Shown: one piece after another, positions 35,076 to 43,529 of the stretch
How the letters are laid out: the number at the start of each line of letters is the position of its first letter
How positions within the stretch are numbered: position 1 is the first letter of the stretch
From: Octopus bimaculoides
Taxonomy: Eukaryota
Reading direction: 5' to 3'
Assembly (NCBI RefSeq): GCF_001194135.2
Contig: NC_068981.1
Location: 30,928,388-30,971,916, forward strand
DNA length: 43,529 bases
The notes under the pieces: model-generated
Databases searched by the model: none
Told to the model about the DNA's origin: nothing
Seen by the model: only the letters and a program-made list of their open reading frames with translations
Position numbers and translations under genes: made by a program

Positions 35076-35987
35076 TTACCCTTTATCATCAGATGGTATT
35101 TTTTTTCTTTACCTTCCTATTTCCAATCTACTTGCTATAAACTTCTGCTTGTTTGGCGACAATACACCAGCTATTGTATCTACGTGTATGTAGCAATACA
35201 GTAAATGCTTATTACTCTTCGTACAGGTTCATATATTGTTTAATTTTCCCATTTTACATTCTCTCTTTGTTTTTTTTACTTATTATTTATTTTTATTTCT
35301 ATGCTCCATCTGTTTTCTTTCATTGTCATAGCTGCTTTTGCTATTATTATTGCCTACCTGTCTTTATACTTATTTTGCTTTGTACTTCAGCGTATTTTTA
35401 ATTTTAGTTCTCGTTTCTGAGCTTGCGGTGATGGTAATAACTAAGGGAATAGAGTGTGAGCGTGTTTTCGTAGCTACAATTGCTAGTACGTGATATCACT
35501 TTTTCAATGCAATTATGCATTTTCTTTTATTTCTTGTTATCATAATTTTTTTTGCAATATATATTGGAAATATAGCATCATTATTTTTATTATCATTTTC
35601 ATTTTATTTATTTCTTTTACTTTTCTATTTTTTTCTTTTTTCTTCTTGTTTTTTTTCTTCTTGTTTTTTTTCTTCTTTTTTTTTTCTTTCTTTTTTGCTA
35701 CTCGCCCCATGCAGTATTTTCACCATAATCGCGGCTAATGATAATGACAATGCAATACTATGGGGAAACTATGGTAACAACCTCAACAACAGGAAACAAA
35801 AACATGATTAGTTTAAGGCCACATACAAGCCCAAACGCACACACACNNNNNNNNNNNNNNNNNNNNNNNNNNNNNNNNNNNNNNNNNNNNNNNNNNNNNN
35901 NNNNNNNNNNNNNNNNNNNNNNNNNNNNNNNNNNNNNNNNNNNNNNNNNNNNNNNNNNNNNNNNNNNNNNNNNNNNNNNNNNNNNNN

Positions 35988-36028
<41 letters not shown>

Positions 36029-36229
36029 TGTATGCATGAGTATGAATATAAGTATATAACCATAAACAAATACTTCTACATATCTCGTATTCATAGATAT
36101 TGTATTCACATACAGTAGTAATGAGATTGGACACAAATTTATGAGCATATTAATGAATAAAGATGGACACTCATAAAATACTCTGCACCCAAGTCTATAG
36201 TCTTACACATATACATTGATATGTATATG

Positions 36230-36280
<51 letters not shown>

Positions 36281-37625
36281 ACACACATATATACATACAT
36301 ACATATACAAGTACATACACACATACTCATTTGTATTTTTATATATGCTTGTGCATAATCGTTTATATGTTTGTATGTATCGCCCTTGTGTATGCGTGTA
36401 TGTAAAATGGAAATGAAATAATTATAAGATCGGCCAAATTTCTACTTCACTAATAATATAAAGAAATGCAGTTAGTTTTCTCATCATTAAGTTTTGCAGA
36501 AAGTATAGAAAAATCTACAGTATCATGTTGTTATCTCCTTTGCATCTTGCATTTTTTGTATTGTTTCGTTTTATTTCCTTTTTTCGTCAAATAACCAATG
36601 GGTTACAGGTAAAAAAGCATAAATACTAACATTGATTTCAATATTGTATATTGTTGGTGATGTAGGGTTCAGTCCAGCCATTTTGCCGATAGTTATGACG
36701 TAATCGATAGTTCTTTTGACTGTGTCGCGTAATTATGTGGTGCTTACTTTAGATAAAGCCTTGATGCTAGTCGCCAGAATAGGAGAAGAAACGTACCAAA
36801 AAACGAAATAACAAAAGACTACATTAAACTATGATTGTTAAGATATCAAAGTATACATTTACATATGTAGCAATATTGTGTTGCCGATAAAGTAAGCAAC
36901 TTATAAAAGAAGAAAAAGAAAAAGGAATGTATTTGTGTAGGGCGTGGGGTAACAATACCGATAACGAGGATAACGGAGAAGGCGAAGGCTACGAAAATTA
37001 TGTTGGGGAAAGAGAGAGATAAAAAGAAGTGGAAGAGAAATCAAACTAGAAAATGTACAGAGGGAAGAGGTTTAGAGGAAGAACATTCGTGTGGCATGGT
37101 TGAAAAGAGCAAAATGAACACAAAAGAAATGCTTGATTACTCTGAATACAATTATCAGATCTGTATAGAAATTCATCAGTATATACCTTTCTGTCTACGT
37201 ATCAATCAGCCTACCCACACGCACACACACATATGCACACATACACACACATACATATACGCACGCACCCATGTACACACACACACAATATATATATATA
37301 CATGTATATATACATATATAATAAGCTTTTATAGCATTTGTACATATGCATATAACTATGTGTATTCGTATATGTATAAACAGATACCATGTGTACATGG
37401 CTGCAATAACTGCTTTTATATATATATATANNNNNNNNNNNNNNNNNNNNNNNNNNNNNNNNNNNNNNNNNNNNNNNNNNNNNNNNNNNNNNNNNNNNNN
37501 NNNNNNNNNNNNNNNNNNNNNNNNNNNNNNNNNNNNNNNNNNNNNNNNNNNNNNNNNNNNNNNNNNNNNNNNNNNNNNNNNNNNNNNNNNNNNNNNNNNN
37601 NNNNNNNNNNNNNNNNNNNNNNNNN

Positions 37626-37691
<66 letters not shown>

Positions 37692-38369
37692 TGTATATCG
37701 CTCTCATATAACCACCCTAATTTGACATCTACATCAAGTAATATCCACCCTGCTTTCACTTCTACCTCATGTGATATTTGCACGAATGATATCTGATACA
37801 CAACTCCATACCTGGGCCCACTGAATCGTTACGTTCAGTTTGAAGGCACACCCTAGCTTCCGACTTTTGTAGCATCCCCTGAAGAGACAGGTTAAACGAA
37901 ACCACGAAAGTTAATCCTGCATGCAGCTGAGTCAAATTGTAATTAAATAAGACAAATACGTGTGTGTGTGGGGGTGTGTGTGTATGTGTGTGTATGCGCG
38001 CGCGATTGCGTGGTTGCCCTTTTACTTGCGCCGCCAACCTGTTTAGCGTTTCGTGAAGATTCCTCTCGTATTTTCTCAGTGATGGTGCATGAGCCATATA
38101 CTAGAACGGTTGCTGGATCATACACTATACATTGTTTCAAGCGCGTGGCTAGTCTTCGGCCATGTCGTACTTCTCAACTAATTGCCGTCGCTGAAATTCC
38201 AAGATCATACTGCTATATCGGTGACCTTTCTCAACCAATCGCAGGCTAACGCCCAGTAGTAAACACTGACTCTTTAATCGAACTCCCATTCAGAACACAA
38301 CCGCCGAAGACTAGTCACACACTTGAAACTCAGAGTGCCAAGGAGTCTGAGTCAAACTGTCTTGACATG

Positions 38370-38441
<72 letters not shown>

Positions 38442-39091
38442 NNNNNNNNNNNNNNNNNNNNNNNNNNNNNNNNNNNNNNNNNNNNNNNNNNNNNNNNNNN
38501 NNNNNNNNNNNNNNNNNNNNNNNNNNNNNNNNNNNNNNNNNNNNNNNNNNNNNNNNNNNNNNNNNNNNNNNNNNNNNNNNNNNNNNNNNNNNNNNNNNNN
38601 NNNNNNNNNNNNNNNNNNNNNNNNNNNNNNNNNNNNNNNNNNNNNNNNNNNNNNNNNNNNNNNNNNNNNNNNNNNNNNNNNNNNNNNNNNNNNNNNNNNN
38701 NNNNNNNNNNNNNNNNNNNNNNNNNNNNNNNNNNNNNNNNNNNNNNNNNNNNNNNNNNNNNNNNNNNNNNNNNNNNNNNNNNNNNNNNNNNNNNNNNNNN
38801 NNNNNNNNNNNNNNNNNNNNNNNNNNNTATATATATATATATATATATATTTATGTATGTATGTATGTATGTATCTTTGTCTGTGTCTGTGCTTCAGTTG
38901 GTAGTTGCTCGTCATACGACGATGAGCACGCCAGTGTCACATGTACTTTTAGCATAATTCTCAGGCAAAATCAGCATGGTTAAGTCCGCACTGAGATTGT
39001 CATTTAAATTACATGTACAATCCAGCCGGTGGGCAACTATAAATACTGGTGTATATATATACACACATACATATACATATGTGTGTTCGTG

Positions 39092-39138
<47 letters not shown>

Positions 39139-40510
39139 TTATGGTGCATATTAAAACAGATTTAGGTATATCTATTTCTTTTGCTTAGTTCTCCCCCACC
39201 TCTCTCTCCCACTCTTTCTTTTTTTTCTCTTATTTGTCTCTGTGGAGGGGTGAATAGCTGTGTAGTAAATTTATGTGAGTAATTCTATGTGAATAATAAT
39301 TTCATTGATTAGTTGTAATTATTTATTTTAATTATCATAGCAAATTAGTATTTCTAGCATCCACTGTCAAATTTTGCCAATGGATATTATCCTTGACCGG
39401 CAGCTGCAAGGCCAAATCTTCTCTTTCTATTATCAAATGAAGTAAAGAAGTTTAACTGTCTTTGAGTTTATGATAATACTTGTTTCTTTTGCAAAGACAG
39501 AGAACAGATTACATGCCAAATAGTTTATTACAGTAAAAATAGCAGCTCATTAACTGAGAACTTGTTTCAAATATTCATCTTTAATCATTTCTTAAAACTA
39601 AACATGTATGAGGCAATATATTTTTCACTAGCAAACTAAACTAATGAATTCTTGGTATAACTGAATATATGTCTATACTGAATGACATAAATAGAAACTT
39701 TAGCTTATGATTTGCAATTAATCTAACTATATCGTTGGTCTTTGTTGAGATTTCTCAGAGAAAACATTTTATTCTGCATTACCTCACTGCTTTTAACACA
39801 ATTGGAATACGTTCCTGGTCATATGTAATTTTTTAATGTTACTATTTTGATTTTTATGTGCTCCTTCGATTGGTTTTCGTTTTCGTAAACTATTACAACT
39901 GAGGCAAGTAAACAATAGATAAATAAAACACTGGTCAGGGAAAGAATTTCACTTGAGAGGACAGTCGTAAGAATTGTCTTGAGAATAGTTATTTCAAGTC
40001 TTGCGGAGAGGAATACTACTACTTAAGCATGAGCAGTTTAAATCGAGTTACCTTCTCCCCCAAAAGTGATCTAGATGGCTAACGATGAGTATAATATTTT
40101 GTTAAACAAAGATTACAAGTCGTTTTTAAAAAGTATCTCGAAGCCAATTCAACTATACATAATAGCATGTAATGCAATGAGATACATTGCTGATAGATAT
40201 AGATTATCATATCATATTCCCCGGGCGTCTGCATTTGCATTCGATATTCTAAGGCCAGCAATTTTAACAAAGAGGAGTCGTTCTATACAATAGACATAAA
40301 AAGGTACGTTATCTTATTTTATAGGCGGAAGTTTTCGGAGTGACCATAGTTTTCAGTTTTTCATGTCTTTATGGATTTCCTTGTTATGTTGTTACGTGTT
40401 TCTCACAATCTTGTTTATTGTAAGTGCAAATTCTCGTATGCTTTTCATATGACAGTTTTTAATTGCATGGTTATGTCATTGTTACGAATAAAGATTCATT
40501 GCTATTAATG

Positions 40511-41796
40511 TACAAGGGTTGGATGAAAAGTTCATAAGCTGACGTAGACATTTTCATGGAATGTGACTAAATGAGGTTTATTTTTTTTAACAGAGACCCT
40601 CCTTTGACTCATACACTTCTTCCATTGGTGTTACAATGCTTGAGTCCCATTGGGGAAGAAAATTTGATCCTATTGATAAAAAAAATCAACAACAGCAGAT
40701 GTAACGTCATCATCGCTGCGACATCGGTTCCCAGCGAAATGATTTTTATGTTGTGGAACAGGCAACAGCCAGATGGGGCTAAATCGGAATAGGGATGATG
40801 ATCAACCAGTTCAAAGCCAAGGTCATGCACAACGGTCATTGAAGCCAAGGGCTTGAGTGCTGGAGTAATGTCCTAATAGAACAAGACCCCTTTCGTCAGT
40901 TTTCTTGAGAGCTTGATCTTGATAGCCTTTCGTAACTGTCTTGGAAAGGTAGCATGGTTCTGTCCATTGCTGGTGTGACTCTTTCGAAGATAGTCAGTAA
41001 GTACAATGACTTCTGCATCCAAAAAGTCTGAGGGCATCACGCTCCTTGCAGATGAAACGACTTTGGCTTTCTTTGGGGAAGATGAGGAGGGGTGTTCTAT
41101 TGAATTCATTGCCTTTCTTTGCTTATGGCTCAAAACGATGAAGCTAACACTCATCCTGGCTTAGGAAATGTTCGAGGAAACCAGCTGGATCTGCTTCAGA
41201 CTGTTAGATTTTCCCGTGATGTGATTAGCGTGGTGCGCTTTTGCTCAGGTTTCAGAAGACTTGGCTTCCACCGAGCAGACAACTTCGTCATGCCAAGTTA
41301 AATGTGGAGAATATTCTCAACTCTCTCAAGAGATATGCTAATACCGTTGGCTATATGAACTATAGTCAATCGCTTGTCATCTGTCAACATGTGCTAAACG
41401 TGATCAATGTTTTCCTCGGCGGTGACAGTTGCGGGACATCCAGAACTCGGGTCATCTTTAAGACTCTCCTTTCCTATCTTAAATTCAGCTGTCCACTTTT
41501 GCACTGGTTATTAAGCTGCATCATCATCACCTAATGTAGCAACCATGTGAGCATGAATGTCCAGAGGGGCTAAACTCTTTTTCTCTAGGTTCTTCATAAA
41601 ACCACGATGCCAAATTTTGTCCATTTTCAAGAGAAGTCGCTGCTAGTTTCATTCTAAGACTTCTTTGAACGGTCAGATGTCAATTTACCGGGAAATAATC
41701 AATTAATAAGAAGTATTGAAATTAATGTATACAACATATCACTGCTCAAACATCATTCTTTTATAATCAGCTTACAAACTTTTCAACCCACTCTGT
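40511..41796 (-). mobile_element. Near full-length dead mariner transposon (about 1.28 kb) with both TIRs
   Basis: TIRs: CAAGGGTTGGATGAAAAGTTCATAAGCTGA (about 40513-40542, preceded by TA) and TCAGCTTACAAACTTTTCAACCCACTCTG (41767-41795). Minus translation: LGMTKLSARWKPSLLKPEQK, FLEHFLSQDEC, PKKAKVVSSA, KLTKGVLFY*DI, LGFELVDHHPYSDLAPSGCCLF. Many stops and frameshifts; the third catalytic Asp reads as Gly. Confidence 0.93.
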
Positions 41797-42297
41797 TTTT
41801 TTTTTATTTCTAAAACCAGTCATCTTTATTATGAAGGACGGAGGAAAAAACTAAGGTGATCTTTAAAGAGATACGTAAATAAAAATATTTAAGTTGATCT
41901 GTTTTATCACACTTAAAGCAAAACCCCTCATGACTTTGTTTTAAACAGAACACTAAAAAGTTTGTAGTATCAAAGTACCAGCTACATTTAACCACTTTCA
42001 TGTTGAAGCTAAGGAACACATATCTATATATACAAACCTATGCACATACAGATACATGTTTGTGTGTGTACTTGGGCGTGTGTAGATGAATGCGAATATA
42101 CGTACAAATGAATAGATATGCATATTTCATTCTACAATAGAAAGATATATTTCAACAAGTTTATTTTAGACAACATAAAGTGATACATGGGGGTAAGTAT
42201 AAGAAAAACGATAGCTAGCTAGCTAGATAGATAGATAGGTAATTGGATGTTATTAAAACGATTGTATTTTTAATACTTGTCAGAAATTTCGTAAAAG

Positions 42298-42378
<81 letters not shown>

Positions 42379-42500
42379 ATCCTTATGATTACTATTATTA
42401 TTTTTATTACTTTGTTATTATTATTGTTATTACTATCGTATTCATTATCATCCTCATCATCATCATCATCATCTGCATTATTATTGTTTGTATTTTTTTT
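42298..42500. repeat. (TAT)n(TGT)n(CAT)n trinucleotide repeat
   Basis: Read directly; source of the poly-Y/poly-C track ORF. Confidence 0.96.
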
Positions 42501-42722
42501 GTTTAATTCATATTTTAATGCCGGGAATCATTTATATTGTTATCTTTATTATCTTTATTACTATTACCATTGTTGGTATGAACATTTTTATCTTTCCTCG
42601 CTGTTGTCGCCATTGTCAGAATCATTACCATGATAAAGTTGCCCGCTTACAAGTATAGAAATTTACCACGAAACGGCAATATCTTAACAACAGAAAAGAA
42701 AAAGAAACGTCACATACACACA

Positions 42723-42788
<66 letters not shown>

Positions 42789-43259
42789 ACCACATGTACA
42801 AACATACACATAACACAGACATACGGAGGCAATTAAACAAGACGAAAACTATATCGAGAGAGACATTGTATTTCAAAGTAAAATTATTCTTTTGCTCACA
42901 CCCAACTGCTGGAAAAGGTCATTTGAACGCCGGCTAAAGAAGAAGAGTTAGCAGACAAGGGACATAATCAGCAAAGAGAACCAGAGGGAAGGGGGGGGAG
43001 AGGTAAATCAATAAGTTTGTGCTAAGCGTTTATGTAATGTTCTTTCATCTATTTGTCACTGATTGGAGGCCCAGCGGGAAAGGCTTTGAAGTGCTATTGG
43101 TTAGGGAACAGATATCGAACTAACTACACACTAACAAACGGTAAATTTGATGATTTTTAGATCATTAATGACATTCTGTGAACATCAACTTTTACTCAAC
43201 GTAAAAATGTTGACAGTAGAGCGTGCGCGCACACAAACACACGTACATATAAGCATGCA

Positions 43260-43478
43260 TGATTTGTCTATGTGTGTGTGTGTGTGTGTGAGTTTGTGTG
43301 TGTGTGTGTGTGCGTGTGTGTGTATGTGTGTTTGTATAAGTATACATATTCACGTATAGTATTCGTAAACATATATCCATTCAAACACATACATGCATAT
43401 ATACAAATATATATAACATAAAAGCATATACATACATGCATATATATACATGTATATATATATACATGTATATATATG

Positions 43479-43529
<51 letters not shown>
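43260..43529. repeat. (GT)n/(TA)n microsatellite region at the window end
   Basis: Read directly from the sequence. Confidence 0.95.

Noticed and set aside
37870-37925. CTGAAGA...GAAA hammerhead-like motif
   Set aside because: Helix I does not close next to the core and helix III has a G.A mismatch. At best a heavily decayed relic.

Overview
This is AT-rich eukaryotic DNA from a draft assembly. It has 12 N-gaps, almost all inside or next to microsatellites. It is very repeat-dense, and I can support no intact protein-coding gene, tRNA/rRNA gene or CRISPR array. The three recurring tRNA-derived SINE families and the microsatellite load suggest an octopus or other coleoid cephalopod genome; this is inference from remembered repeat families, not a database search. 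The window is a transposon graveyard. It holds two mariner relics (one nearly full length with both TIRs), a 1.5 kb L1/Tx1-clade reverse-transcriptase fragment, and two divergently oriented gag-like ORF1 relics with CCHC knuckles. It also holds three fragments of restriction-like-endonuclease (R4/Dong-type) LINEs, two 3' ends of another LINE group, a deleted Penelope-like element with a GIY-YIG domain, and more than 15 SINE pieces. The most notable finds were not in the ORF track: a near-canonical minimal type I hammerhead ribozyme at 28931-28974 followed by a run of hairpins, a second degenerate hammerhead just downstream of the Penelope GIY-YIG stop codon, a LINE/SINE pair sharing a 50-nt 3' tail, and fold-back SINE structures. 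Several short AG...GT segments could be exons of an unidentified + strand host gene (low confidence). I found no evidence of a wholly new multi-gene system. Nearly all long ORFs in the supplied track are translations of microsatellites or N-gaps.
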